A stretch of 62,033 nt of DNA, filler included, from Choristocarpus tenellus KU-1152 (GCA_964200185.2; 7 parts of 7 records of this genome joined end to end with filler, not necessarily neighbours in it); one strand, 5' to 3'; numbered from the whole stretch's first letter, positions 27,701-41,930 are shown. Numbers and translations: made by a program. Notes: a model not told the origin generated them from the sequence alone.

Positions 27701-29989
27701 ATCAAAATGTACTCATAGAACCTTGCATCCAATCAATATTGATGTGATACTTAGGGTTAGGGTTAGTGTGATACCTTGTAGTGTCGCATGTTCCATACTG
27801 GTCAAATTATATCTCCAAGTTGCAACCCAAAGCAATAAAATGATTAACATTGCTGAATGATGCAAGCCCTAGGGTTGGACCATGATTGGAGCAGTCATGA
27901 TTTTCCATGGACTTCATTCTTGGCAAGTGTAATACAGCATGACCTACATCAGGCCATCACGTGTAAGTGTGTCCAAGGCACACGACTGTTCTAGATGTGC
28001 AATTTCTTGAACTGTTCAACAGGTCCACATTCGTATCATTATTGACACTCCCATTTACAGGTGCTAGAATATATCACACGAAAAGTTACGTTTTTTCTAT
28101 ATTTTTGCAACCAACACATTCTGCCCTTTCATCTCTCACACCTCAGACTTGTGTAGGTCACAATACATGGGCTCGATGGCAGAGAGAGGTTCAGACTCAG
28201 GGTCTGGAGGATCTCCGCAGGTGGCTCGACGACGGCACTTTGGGTGCCGACACAGATTGCTTGCAGTCAGTCTGGGTTTTGCTGCACCTGGAGCCAGTTT
28301 TGGAGATGTGGATGGTTGCCCCCTATCACCATCAGATGGTGCATTGCAGTCTCGGGCTGCCAGTCCAGAGGGGGGAAAGGGAAGAGGAAGGGCATGGACC
28401 AGTTGGGAGAAGGGGATGTTGTTCATCTAAGGTCAACAGCTTGAAGTGTAAAAGCAAGGTGCCAAAATTAACAGGGTAGTGTAAGGAATGAGTCTCCAGT
28501 GCTACACCTTGTGCATTGGTACCTAATATAAAAATTTCACTCCACGATAACAGCATCATATCCCAACCCTGTGAAGATCAATAACAGTTTTGGTTACTGA
28601 TCATCCATCACATTGAGCCCAACTGCCCCAGCAAAATGAAGTAAAAGAACTTTCACAACTGCTTGCATAACTCGGTGCATGACAGTACTCAAAAGACCAT
28701 TCCAACGCGTATCATCCACGCTATAATCTACCTTCAGTATTGTCACGGACAGAGCAAACAGGGGGAGGAATACCTGGATCCACGGCTAGAGCCATGGTTT
28801 TAAGTCCACCACTTGAGGTTCCCTCTTGTGAACCTTTGTGCCTGTCACTGCTGCGATTACTTCCTCCTTTGGCCTCGTCAGGGTTCACAGCTGTAAGATA
28901 GTAGAGAACGGAGATCACAAGTAATGTGATCAGAGAGGAAAGGGCTTCATTCATAGTTAGAAGGGACGAAAAAAAGACTGCATACAAGTGATGCTATTCA
29001 TTAAACAAGGTGAGGAACACAAAAGACCTTGCTTCAAGTTGAAGGATTGCCTACTTAATGACAGAAAAGTGGCAGTGGTGGTGACTGCTTCATGGAGAAA
29101 ATTATTTCTCCACTACATATCACAGTAAGTACCACACAAAAATAACGGAGATTGCACTTGCCAGAACATACGGCTGTTGAACTGATGCTGGGGTCGTACT
29201 TGCTGTGAACCTCTGGTGTTGGCTCTCCCATCGAGCCCCTATTGCCTGATCGTTGTCTCTTTCGTTGCGATCCTTCAGTGGCTTCTCCCCTAGTGTTTGT
29301 CGAGGAAATTGATCCTGCATTGGGGATTACGTTAATGTTCATACGGTTGCAATGGTAGGAAAGGTTACAAAGAACAAGGAATAGGCACACAGTCGGCATA
29401 TTGGTGACCCAGGGTAGCCTCCAGACTTTTCCAATTTCGCAGTCTACTCGCTGGGAACAAAACCACCTTTGAAATATAACGGAAAGCATCCCACCAGAAA
29501 TATTTGCAATCCATCCTTTGAGACCCATCATACTAGGAGAGGGTCATACATGAATTCCCCTTTGAATCTGTCAAATCCGCACAAATAACGCCAGAAACAC
29601 CGATATTTATGGCTGCACCCACCATCGACATCGCTTATCTGCCCTACTCCTTCCCTGACGCCGCCACCAACACAGACGTCTCTGTCCCCCCCATCTCTGG
29701 CGCCAGGAAAATTACGCCGGAACGCCAATCTCTCATCCCCAACCGTTTCCATCAGTTCTCTAGGCCGACGTCCTTGCTTTCGAGGCTGTTCCTGGTCGTA
29801 TTCTAACCCAGTACCGATGTCCCCTGGGGAACTTCCCACTTCCAGATGATGCGTTTTTTTCGGAGCACCCGCCTGGGTCTTATGATAAGTTCTTGGACGC
29901 CAACGAGAACCTCCTAGCGTGCCTTGTGTAGATCGAAGGGAATGCTTTGAGCACGACATTGATTTCGGTTGCACTGGGGAGACCGTCAT
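24740..29989 (-). CDS. EsV-1-7 cysteine-rich repeat protein. Exons 29623-29989, 29162-29314, 28774-28890, 28142-28356, 25320-25544, 24740-24910; 3' end unresolved
   Basis: Five repeats of the form C-x4-C-x3-P/A-x-(Y)G...(Y/M)C-x2-HK-x2-GMVD(L/V)KN follow a low-complexity N-terminus. All six exon phases are compatible, using two GC donors. Confidence 0.8.
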
Positions 29990-32189
29990 CTGCCCGCTAG
30001 TACGTCTACTGAACTGATCAAAAGACCCTGATAAAATGCCCTATCGAGGTTTCCCCCAAAACTTCCACTTCAGATTCAATGCGAAACACCTATCAACCTA
30101 TACCCCTCTCTACATCCACCTACTTACAGTAGTTCCTCAAATTTGGAGGCAAGGAACAGAAGAGCCTGTATCAAAACAGAGGGACAGGAATGCCAGATTG
30201 GTAGTTCATCTCTTGGGACTACCTTGAAGAAGCAACCTTTTGTGATTGTCCAGTATCCACACCACACTACTTTCCACCCCAAAACTTTCCAAACAAATAG
30301 CTACACAAAACAAGATTTCGTAGAGGAGGAGTGAGGAAGACATATTTCGTTTTATGAGGTATATGGACATGCAAACATATTGTTGAATGTGACATACTTC
30401 ATTACTATGTCAAATTTGTCTTATCGCTTTCAAACTTTGTCGAAAGAACAAATATGAACTTCCTTCCAAACCGATATATAAATCCATAAAGATTTGTATA
30501 TTCGAAGGATTTGTATCTTCCAGAGGTCCGTCAAGACATGGTGATCGTAAAATATAGGTTAGTGTAGAGATTCTACTTCTATATATTCAAGAATCAAACT
30601 CTACAGTAGTTAGTTACCTGTTGGAAGGGGTTGTGTATTATTTTAATATCACACAATTTTTTTTCTTCTGTCGTGTCCGTACTACTCTTATGTGTTTCTT
30701 GATTGGGACTGGATCTACCCAATGTATAATGACTATTTATTGTATTTTCGAACATGATAATCCACTGTACCATGTCGAAAAACACAATTATTCAGGAATC
30801 CAAACAACACACAAACAGTATAGAAATATTAATATCTATTTCCAACAACAAACGTACATATATTCTTAATCAAACATGACAGTCCATCATATCATGTGGG
30901 AAAAAGTAACAACCAACCAACCAACCACTCAAACAGAATCTAACAATGAAAGCATCTCTAAAATAATATACATCTATATATATATATTGATTAGGGTTAG
31001 GAGTAGGATCAAATATCAATAGCACTTGATCTGATGAAAAAATCCTCTATTAATTTTGATGGTCTTAGAACAAATAAAACTGTGATGTATATTACAATAG
31101 GTATAGATCAACTACGCAATTATAATTTTCTTTTATCCTTATTCTATACTCAATTTGTATAAGGAACGAAATATGACGTCAACTACAAAAGATTTTGGAA
31201 AGTGGAGATCTCGCCTATGGCCAGTTCATCGCTTTGAGCTCAAAAAGTTCATTCCGATGGTTCTTCTCATTTCGATGGTTCTTTAAGGAAATAACTATTA
31301 TTTTGATAATAGTAGTGTGGTTTCAGACTGGTCGGAAAAGTAGTCTAAGAACCAATACATGTTGGTTGGAAGTTAGTTAGGGGTGTAACTGTATGCTTGA
31401 GCGATTGGTATGTTTGGCATTAGTTCTTTAGTTGTGAATGGGTAACGTTGAAAGTTGAGACAGATGTGGGAGTGGAACTTCTTCCTGTGGAGGAGTGTGG
31501 AGTGTGGAGTGTGGGGTGTGGAGTGTGTATATGTGTGGCGTTAAATATGTGATATTGGTTGGAATTGAGAGAAGTAGCCGCAAGGGTAGAACCTTACCCT
31601 CTGGCGGAGTGTACGTATGTAACGAATTGAGATCGTGTACACTGCAGCGTGATGTTGGGAGTTACTATGTGTGTGTGTGTAGGAGTAGAACTACTATGGA
31701 CTTGATGGGGGGGTTGCATGTGGCATTGAATTTGTGTGTAAGGTGTGCAATATGATCATTTAGAAGTTGAGACACCAGAAACAAGATTAGGACACAATTC
31801 ATGGGGAGGGTGTGTACCTATGAGGCGTGTTAAGCTATCCTCTAGCATCCCGCCAATTGCTTCTTGTGCAATATAGACTGATAGTCTATATGGTGTATAC
31901 GCATTTAGTGAACACTACTAGACAACAGGAATGTTGGCTAAGTGGAACAAGTGTCATTGACTTGTGTTCGTGTGCGTAAAGTAGTGAGGTCGAATCGCAG
32001 ATGATCGATTTCTTATTGCTTGATATAAATGGACTAATGGAGGAGTTCTGACAAAGTACTAGCTACACAGGATAAGCGACATAGTACAATGTAACGGCAG
32101 GACACGTTTTGATGTGTCAGCTGATGAGTCAGCTGATATACGTAATAAACAATAAGATAATAAGAGAGAGCACCCCCCACCACCAAGGG

Positions 32190-33466
32190 CTGTGCTCACT
32201 CCGCTAATAAACATATCCATACCACACAAAGCAAAATACTCTACTTGAGTAGTTCTCTTTTGCATACTTCTGGTTAAATACTCCGCCAAAATATCCTTAA
32301 TGTCCGCAACATCGTTTGTGCGTACATTGAATGTTCATTCAAATCATATTCTCACAAATGGTCAACCATAATCTTGACACACTTCCCTCCACTGATTATG
32401 CAGTGAGAATCAAAGCAGTCCAAAATAAATCCCAACTTCAAATCAAATCAATTTGCACACTTCGTATCTTATTCCCACACATGGACAAGCAAGATCTTGA
32501 CACACTCCCCTGCTCGGTCCATGCACCAAGAATCGAATTAACTCAATCTGCACACTACCCCTTATTCACAGTGCATAATAGTGCCCCACTATTATCTTCA
32601 AGCAATCGTACACAATACTTGTCCATAATTGGCCCCAGAAAAAAATTGAACTTGCTGCAAAAACGTAACCACCTTGCCCAAATCACATAACGACACATAC
32701 TCAGCCTCAGTAGTAGATAAAGTAACAGTCTTCTGCATTCTAGACCATCACCTCATACATGCACTCCCAAACATTACCACGCCACCAGACACAGAAAATC
32801 TTGAAATCTCTCAATTGGTGTAGTTTGCATCAGCATAGCCAATGAGTTGGTCCCTAGGTGCATCACCGTAAAAACCGAAATCACCAAAAGTCAAGCCCCT
32901 CTTACTGGTCCCCAACAAATATGCACCCACTCTTTCTGCCCCTTTCCAATCCATCACAGTGGGATTCACAAACTGCATCGCTAGACTCCTTACTGCTGAT
33001 GCTTCATCTGATCTCATCATGAATGATACCCACATTTATATACAACCGATCATAGATCTGTAGTTAAATGTACATCCAGACGGCCATGATGACAGCCGAC
33101 AGACACTTCTACCAAGCAGTTTTCATATTTTACAATCTCTGGGCATGGCAACATTCTTTGCCGAAGTTATTTGACTCGTGTCACCACACCTTTCTCACCA
33201 TTCAAGAAAATTCCTTCTCAGGTTTCAAGCAGGCTGGTGATGAAGGTGGGTTCCATGTTGTCGATCTACTCCGGATGTTCGCTCCTCTTTTAAAACTTCA
33301 TATTTCAAGGACAACATCCTGCGCCCACAAGATACTTTGTGAAGAGTATTATGTTGCCCTGGCTTGGAGTGAACTCCTGCTACATGCCATTACTAACACA
33401 AGCAGGTAGACGTTGACATTTTTTAAACTGCACTATTTATTAGTGTGCCGAGCAAACACCAGTGGA
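32190..33466 (-). mobile_element. Ty1/Copia RT-RNase H fragment, decayed
   Basis: YLLGTSKRGLTFG, LIGYADANY and SRMQKTVTLSTTEAEY; stops and frameshifts; cut by a family B MITE at 33467. Confidence 0.85.
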
Positions 33467-33673
33467 GGCTCAAAGTATCTGGGGGGGGGGGGGGGGACTG
33501 TCCATTTGGGGTCAATTTTTTCATGTCACCATTTTTTGTTTATTTGGTTGCATATGTNNNNNNNNNNNNNNNNNNNNNNNNNNNNNNNNNNNNNNNNNNN
33601 NTTAATTAATTAANNNNNNNNNNNNNNNNNNNNNNNNNNNNNNNNNNNNNNNNNNNNCCAGATACTTTGACCC
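33467..33673 (+). mobile_element. Family B MITE spanning a gap
   Basis: GGCTCAAAGTATCTG(n) before the gap and CAGATACTTTGACCC after it. Confidence 0.75.
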
Positions 33674-35511
33674 CTCCACATGTCCCAATTACCACCAACC
33701 ACCCATACCTAGATAGTGGTAGCTGCGTCCACTGTCTTTAGGGTGAGGTGTGCTTCATACCTGCACAAGAGAAGAGACAGTGGGATGTGTGTTGGCTATT
33801 GCTACTATATGCAGTAGTGCATACTGGCACAAATCTTGAAGAGTCGTGTTGACAACATATCTGGCATGGTTGAAACTGCTGCTCCGTCATGAACTGCACA
33901 AGTGAACGTGGTGATAGAAAAAAGAATGGCAACGTCCGCAAATCAGGATCTACAGTGCCACCACAGAGAGAGGCATATAGAACTGGTCTTTTCGCCCAAC
34001 CCTTGACCACATACGATGCCTAAATTGTGTCACAAGATAGCAAGCATTGATAAAGCCCTATCAAGAGCTCTCTCTATTGCAGTAGTAGATTTCTTAAGTT
34101 GGCACATAGCTCATAGCTTGATCAGCACATATTTTCTTCCGCATATTAACACACAACCCTGCACGTAGCGATAGGCACGAATTGGCACGTGCCAAGACAA
34201 TCGGACATATCTGTGCTCAGGAGCGAATACCCAACCAATACATCCTCGTGGTGAAGACAAACCATCCTCCATCAGGGCATAGTAGAAAATACTGAATACT
34301 GATGTGGTCATTCAAATTTTCTTTATTCGCTGTCACACATACTGTTGGACATACGGTATGCACTTCAGCCGAATTTTGATATATATTCAAAGCAGAAACA
34401 AACGCGCTTGTCTAGTTGCTTGGTGCTTGATGCAAATGGGTGTAACATGGCATTCATGGGCACTGTTACTACACTAGGCCAAGCTTACTCTCTGAAAGAA
34501 CCACCCCGTCCCATAATTCCTTGCCCTCGACAAATTATCAACTTAGGGGGAGGGGCAAGCATCTCATTGACTCTGTGTAACAACTAGTATTTGCTAACGT
34601 TGTGCTGGCCACACTGGCCACACGGCCACACTGGATGATGGTGACTCCGAAAAACGTGACAAGAATGCCGTAAGGATGTAGTCGCTCTTCTGTGAGAGAA
34701 TTGTTCAAAACACTCTGAGGATGGTGCCTGCCTTCCATTCAGGTCAGCCACGCATCTTTGGGATGTTTCGAGCAATCCCCCCACAGAAGAGCGATTGCAT
34801 CTTTATGGTGTTCTATTTCCACTTGAGCATGATGAAGAACCATATATTTTAGTGTTCAGCAGTTTGATGTTTGTTGTGTGTGCTGTGTTGTAGGAGGATA
34901 CAAACCATAGGATTAGTAGCTAGGGCATGTACAACTGACCATCCCCCTTTCAAAATATTTCGTGAGGTCGTCCTACATACTAAGCAAGTTAACAAGGACC
35001 ATACCTCTCATACTTGTCGAGAATGAAGACCTTCAGAAACAATTCATCGTGTTGGCTAATATTTGGGCGAGGCTGTGAGCAACCTCATTGTCGAAGGCTT
35101 GATGTGTATGTGCCAGATACGATTTATGAAGGAGATAAAAGGAATGACCTCCTCTTTGGGAAGAATTACTGCCTACGCTTTCATACGGCGATCCCAGCAT
35201 CCTACTACCATTAGCCCATCCACTTGTCCACTTGCAAGCTTACGAATTATAACCCCGTATTGTTCAAATTATCAGCAGCAGAACAAACGTAGTGGACTCA
35301 CCGTCTCAGGATCTGTTTCTGTCTGGCCCACACTCGCAGAAAAAGGGTTGCAGCCCTTGCAGCATGTAGATGTTGCTGTCAGGCTGCTAGTTCCCTCCTC
35401 GCTGTGCAGCCAACCTGATCGCCCTCTGCTTGAGATTGAGAGCAATGTAGAGGGTGTTGTAGAGGTAAATGGGACAGGATTAGGAGGTCTTCATGCAGTT
35501 TGGGGGCTAGT

Positions 35512-35731
35512 GAGTGAAAGTATCTTCGAGGGTACGATTTTTGCCCTGCTTGTATGTTTGGGGCTTGGCTTCCCACGGGTTTTGTACGACATTTCGTATT
35601 CCGAAATGTTTCGGAGTAGGTAAATGTATACGTTATGAAAAGGTGTGTCCGGAACAAGGATAATGAAAGCTCCTAACAACATGATAGCTAAAATGACATC
35701 AAAATCGCATCATTGGATTCTGGCCCCAAAC
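35512..35731 (-). mobile_element. Family A MITE, reversed, truncated by a family B end at 35733
   Basis: Begins GAGTGAAAGTATC; the internal sequence is the reverse complement of the 22299 copy; followed by GGGTCAAAGTATCTGGGGG. Confidence 0.85.
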
Positions 35732-36286
35732 GGGGTCAAAGTATCTGGGGGGGAGGTGCCGGCGTCCGTTCTTCACTCTTTTCGATTTTCACTTTTTGGT
35801 GTGATTTGGTCGCACGTGTAGGATTTGAAACGTCAGCAAAAAAGAGAAGACTGCTGGTCAGGTTCCTTTCCGTCCTTGCGTACGCAAGAGGAATGGACTA
35901 TATGCCACAATTTATTTGGGTTTGGTTAGGAGTTTCGACGTTTGCATGTGTCAGATTTCGAATCTGTTCAAACTGGACTATTGGTTTATGTATGTGGTCG
36001 TGCAGTTACGATAAAGAATAAGATATATGGGTTAGCTTGTTCCAGGGCTGGATATTGGTTTGTTTGGTTGCATGAGTGGAATTTGTTTGACATATATAAA
36101 GAAGGCTGTCGGTTAGGGTCTGTTTTCCCACTGTTGGATGAGGAATTAAACAAAATAATATGGGTTGTTGGGAGGTTGTTTTTTTTCGTTTATTTGCTTG
36201 CATGAGTCGTGTCCGGTGTGTACACAAAGAGGACTGTCAGTTTGGGCCTGTTCTCCTGGTGTGCGCACAAGGAACCAAAATTTATA

Positions 36287-36822
36287 GAGTCAAAATATCT
36301 TAGAGGGTAGAGCGGTGTCCATTTGGGGGTAATAATCCAATGTTGTGACTTTGATGTAATTTTTACCTATCGTGTTTGTTAGGAAGTGTCAATTATCTAA
36401 TGTTGTGATTTTGATGTAATTTTACCTATCGTGTTCGTTAGGAAGTGTTGATATCCTTGATCCAGACACACCTTTCCATAACGTATACATTTTACCTACT
36501 CTAAAACATTTTCGAGTAGGAAAATGTCATTAAAAAAAACATGAGGAGCCAAGCACCAAAGGGACAAACAGGGCAAAACTCGTATCCTCTAAGATACATA
36601 TTCTGTGTCAAAGTATCTAAGAGGTTGGGGCCGCGTCGCTTTGGGGTCCAAAATCCAATGTTGCGATTTTGATGTAATTTTGGCTATCGTGTTTGTTAGG
36701 AAGGGTCAACATCCATGTTCCAGACACACCTTTTCACAACACATACACTTACCTACTCCTAAACATTTTGGGGTAGGAAAATATCATAAAATAACCCATC
36801 GGAAGCCAAGCCCCAAATGGAC
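36287..36822 (+). mobile_element. Two tandem family A MITEs (36287-36603 with an internal duplication; 36605-36822 truncated)
   Basis: Both start G(A/T)GTCAAA(A/G)TATCT and share ccaatgttg.gattttgatgtaatttt and ccagacacacctttt. Confidence 0.85.
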
Positions 36823-36859
36823 CTCTATATCATGTACAGTTTAAATGTAATACTTCGTT

Positions 36860-38289
36860 TATTTGCGTGCATGTGCTGGATTTAGTGTGTAATAAGACGT
36901 GGTTGTCGATGAGGGTGTTAGGGTTAAATTTGTTGGTATGAAGGAAGGGAAAAAGGTCAGGTTTTGTTTTCGGGTTAATGCATTATTTCTCTCATGTAAG
37001 GTGTGGAGGGAATCTGGAGGTGTATACGAGTGGTTATTGGTCAAGGTCTATTGTCGTACGTTTCTCTAAAAGTAGTTCAAGGTGCACTTCCAGAGGTCCT
37101 GGGTTGGTGCCGTGCTTAGGAGCATCGTGCGTGGACTTCGGTATATGATCCTCCAAGATTCGAAGGAGGACGAGATCGGTTCTAGTTTATCGACACTTGG
37201 ACAAAGCATGAGATGGTGCATAGAGTATTGAGAAGAAGGGGGGAGGTGCGTTATAGTGTCCAAGGAATAAATAGCGGCTTTGAGAAGGACAGGGTATCTA
37301 TCGCAGGCCCTAGTGAATTGTTTGGAAAGGTTATCTGAGAAGATGGAGAAGAGTTGTTTGATTGATGTATCATATTTTTGTTGTCTAACCTTGTAGCAGA
37401 CATGATATTTTTAAGTAAAAATAACACAGGTCTAATCCTCAATGTGAGCATGATATATGATACGCTGACGACTCTGACTGGTAGCAATGTATCTGATACC
37501 ACTGTCTAAATGCGTAACTCATAGAATGGGAAGTGCATGAACATGGTAGTTGGACACCTAGGCAAGGTACACTGGTGCACAAATCAGTGTACCTGTAACT
37601 CTACCCGCACTTCAACAAAAAACTGAAACATCGGAATCCCTATTTCAATTGGTGGGAGGACTCGAAATTGCATTCGTCACCCTTCTCCCACCACTCCATG
37701 AGCTTAGGGTATGCCTCGACGAGAAGGTGCCATAGATTTAGGCGTGTCGAGTATCTGGCGTTCCAAGGTTCGGGCCTCACAAGGCTCAAGAAGATAGCCT
37801 TAGATAAGGTTGGCTTTCAAGAACGAGAATATGGAAGAGTTCAGGAATAGGACGCATTATGGGAAGCAGTTTATGATTAGTTTGATTAGTCATTCGCGGA
37901 ATAGAATTGATTTGGTGGCAATGACACCCCCCCTTTGGGGTTTGAAGCTCACTCTCTTTTCTTACACCTTCCTTACTTCATGTACAACCTGTTCTGCATA
38001 ATAAGGAATTAATCGAGTTATGTACATACACAAGTCTTGGGAACACCAACTTCTTTAACACCGTTGATCTCGAGATAAGGGGTGATAAAGGAAGGCCTGC
38101 CTGTGTCTTTTCTTGGATGGTGAAGTGCTCTCCTTTCCTTACGGTCTGAAGAAGGGAGTAGTGCTGTAGTAGTTGAGTAATTGACATGGAAATGGAAAAA
38201 TATGGCTTGGTTTTGTGAGGACAGTGGGGAGGGGCAAGGCAGGGTAATGGGGGGGCTGGAAGGAGGTAGGTTTGAAACCAATTGGAGGG
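36860..38289 (-). mobile_element. Probable highly decayed non-LTR (LINE) fragment
   Basis: QAGLPLSPL, RSTVLKKLVFPRLVY, PCLGVQL and a C-terminal SMHHLMLCP resemble LINE RT and zinc-knuckle motifs. No YxDD seen. Confidence 0.35.
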
Positions 38290-38539
38290 NNNNNNNNNNN
38301 NNNNNNNNNNNNNNNNNNNNNNNNNNNNNNNNNTTAATTAATTAANNNNNNNNNNNNNNNNNNNNNNNNNNNNNNNNNNNNNNNNNNNNGTGCGGGATGC
38401 AAAGCTTCCATCCAATCGAGCTACCCTCCAGATGCTAGGACGGAAGGCGAGAGATCAGCTCCTCGGCAGTGCGAAGTCCGACGAAGATCACCAGCGGCTC
38501 AGCGAATTTGACCCAAGCAAACACTAGGTAACAAATTTT

Positions 38540-41500
38540 GTCATCCGCAACAATCTCAAACGTATGTTACTCCACAGTGAAGGTCTGATCGTGTCTTCCC
38601 AGCTAGGAACATAAATTTCCCCAGGATGGTTCGGTAAGGTTTGTACCTCTGGACCAGCTCCTCCTTGTCAGTTCTTCTTGTGGTTAGGTCCATTCCTGGG
38701 TTTAAGGGTGAAGAGGTATCCCGTACTTCTGTGTCCATTCCTTCGCGAACAATGCTCTCTACATAGAAATGCTGGTCTAGTGTGATGCCAGCCTCATCCC
38801 GGTTGATTGCCACCCCAACTAACTTGTCTGGGGTCCCGAGGTCCCGTCCTTCGTACTTGGTAAGCAGATTGCTCTTCAACCTCTTTATTTCCTCGTGGAA
38901 GTTTCCAGTCAACAAAATGTCATCCACGTAGTGAAAAAGGACAGCGATCCTTCCATCTTCACTCCTTTTCACATATATGCAGGCGTCAAAGTCGCTAACA
39001 CTCCATCCCCCAGCTAAGATTGTTCCCTTTAGCTCCTTGTACCACTCCATTGCTTATTGCTTAAGGCCAAAGATGACCCTGGCAGCTTTTACGATGGATC
39101 CATTGGGCAGTTGTAGCCATACATCTTCAGAGAGTGGTGCCGTTCAGGTAGGCTTGAGCGAAGTCTAGGGAGTCGATGACCCAGTTTCTGTTAGCTGCTG
39201 TAGCCAGGACTGCCCGAATCATGTCAAATCCCACCACTGGACTCTGAATGTGCTGAAGTAGTCTACCCCTTCTTGTTGGGAAAAACCCCGTGCCACCAGC
39301 CTGGCCTTAAATCTTTTGATGTCTCCATTGGCTGTCCTTTGATTTTAAATATGAATCTTGTTTTGACAGGTCTCCTCCCTAGTGGCAGACTCTCTCCCTC
39401 ATGGAAGGTTCCTTTGCTTCGTTGGTCCTCCATTTCTCGCTCCATTGTTTTTTTCAGTGTTCTGCATCAGGCCCTGCGAGAGCTTCTGCGATGGTTGAAA
39501 GCTCCTGGTGGCCTATTGAGATGCCACCTGCCATGCTCATCAAACAGTATGCATCATCCGTGCTTGTTCTGAGCAGGTTTGCTATATTCTCTCCCAGTTC
39601 TTCTGTATCTCCAGAGTGTAAACCCCTGTAGTCCACCCTAGGTTGTTAGCTATCCTGGCTGACCTCCGTTGTCCACTAGGTGAACTTGTCGAGTTCTTGC
39701 TCACAGCTGTTGCTTGTGGTATCGGATCGACCTCAATATCGAAATCCCGATCAGAATCGTCTTCACGTATCAGGAATCTCTTCATCCGTCAAAGTCATGG
39801 TCTCTCTTTACCACGAAGTCCATGATGTGTTTGTCTAGCTCGAACGTCACGTGGGCTGAGGTTACCAACTTGGCCTCTGGAGGAAGCCAGATGTACCAAC
39901 ACAGTGATGTACGGTCGTGTCCCATGATTATACCCCACTTGGCGTATGGGTGAAACTTTGAACCGGCTACCCTCTGCTGCTTGTCCTGGTGAACATAGCA
40001 CTCGCTCCCCCAGGCCCGAAGCCTATCGTAGTTTAAGGATTTACCTGTTAGATGCTCGCATGGCGTCTCTCCTCCCAGGTATTCGTGTGGCATGCCTCCA
40101 GTCTTGAAGGCGACGTCCGTGATGGCAAAGAACCAGTACTCGTCACCCAGTCCATCCTTTGCCAGTTGACTCCTTGCTGCCCCCATGAGTTGCTTTATCG
40201 CCCTTTCGGCAATCCCGCTGCTCTGTGGTGTTCTCGTTGGAGATTTCCTCCATCGGGTACAGTTTTTCGCCAGCATCCTTTGGAACTTCACCGATCTCCC
40301 AAGCTCACCAGTACCATCCCCACTAATGCATTGGACTTATATACCTTACCTTGCCATCTGGTTGATATAGACAGCGGTTGCGTCCGTCGCTGCATTTTTG
40401 GTTTTCAATCCATAAACCCTCTTGTCTCTGCTGCTCTCGTCAACAAACATCTGGGGAAAAGTGACCAGTAATGTCTGCTTTAAAAGGTCCCGCCAAATCC
40501 GGGTGGACAGCCTCGCCGAGCTGCTTGGGGGTCCTGCCACCCCATTGATATCTTAAGGCCTCAGACTTGCATTCCTTGTAGGTCTCGCACTGCACTTCTG
40601 ACGCCACAGTAGCGTCCGTTATCTCTAAAAGTTCACGTTTCTCGAGATGCTTCATAGCTGAAGGGTTGGTGTGTCCCAAAATGTTGTGCCAGTCCCTCAA
40701 TGTCAGCCTCTGCGTTTGGTTGGCTCATGCCGCGTTGGCTTTCTCGATTCTTGTTCCATGGTGATTATTATATTTCCAGTTAAATTTAAGAACCCCCCCG
40801 ACTTTTGTAGGTTTATCTTGGGCGAATTCTTGCAGGCCCTCAGATAACTTCTTTTGTTCCTGAATCCATAAATTCTCCTCCATTCCGTCGTATACTTCCA
40901 GTACTCAATATGCGGCATGGTAGACCTGGTACCCATAGAACATTCTTCAGAACCACTCCTGTTGGTTTGCCGTCCTTGTCCGTCACCATTAGAATCATAT
41001 CCCCGGTCTCCCTCGCTTCCAATTTCCCATTGTTTCCGAAGGTGAATGTGCATTTGGTGCCCCAAGTGCTTACGAGATCTTCACGATCAGGTGTAATATG
41101 TACGTTTGCTCCAGAGTCACACAATATCTTGACTTGTCTTCAACTGGAGGAGTTGAACACTGCACTTTTGTTAACCTCCTCGTCTGCTGTCACCTTGAAA
41201 GTGGAGAAGGAGCGCGCTTGGTTTCCGTCGACTTTGTTGCTGCTCCCACCAGTGGGAGGTGGTCGAAATGTTCCGGGTGCCATCCCAGGCGGACGTGTTG
41301 CAGGTGGCTCTCCATTCAAATATGAACGACACTTTCGCCATTAATGGTTCATCTTCAAGCATTATGCAAATTGGTTTGGTTTGGGGCTGCGTCCAGCTGA
41401 TCCCCTGGTATTTCGCGCATGACCGTTCCTTACATTGCCATGCATTGCCAATACCCATTCATGCCCATCTTGGCCTGAGTGAAGGTAAGTTGTCGACGAG

Positions 41501-41845
41501 ATGATTGCCCATTTGAGCTCCTCATAGCTGATGTCCGCATTATTAATTGCGAGAACACATGTGGCATCGCTTCCTTGATCCCAAGCAGTATAGATGCCCT
41601 CTTCATGTTTCGGATTTGGGCTCCTTGAGCTCCTCGAAATCCGAAAATAGTCATTCGAGTTTAAGGACAAAATCGGTGCTGTCCTGAGACGTCGCGCACC
41701 GTAATTCTCGGAGTTTCGCCTCTAACGTGATGACTTGTACGGGGATCTCGTCCTCTGCGCGTCCACACATTCGATGCCCTCTATTTATTACGTTTACAAC
41801 CGTGTGCACACCAGCTGCAGATGGTGTCACCAACGTTTTCAAATT
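38540..41845 (-). mobile_element. Ty1/Copia retrotransposon (gag, protease, integrase, RT), frameshifted, RNase H missing
   Basis: CDSGANVHI (protease), WHNILGH, TPQSSGIAERAI, LRAWGSECYVH, PVKTRFIFKIK, DACIY, HYVDDILLTG. PR-INT-RT order. Confidence 0.93.
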
Positions 41846-41930
41846 GACCCAAAGTATCTGGGGGGGGGGGGGGGGTAAACCGGGTTGTCCTTTGTGGCCA
41901 AAATAAGAAAAAATGAATTTACATTTTCCA
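41846..41930 (+). mobile_element. Family B MITE 5' part, cut by a gap
   Basis: GACCCAAAGTATCTG(n), aagaaaaaatgaattt. Confidence 0.75.

Noticed and set aside
25803-27766. Short TTAGGG runs near 25803 and 27751
   Set aside because: Only 2-3 units, insufficient to call interstitial telomeric arrays.
31800-32190. Candidate 3' LTR of the Copia fragment with small palindromes
   Set aside because: No second LTR copy or clear TG...CA boundaries in the window.
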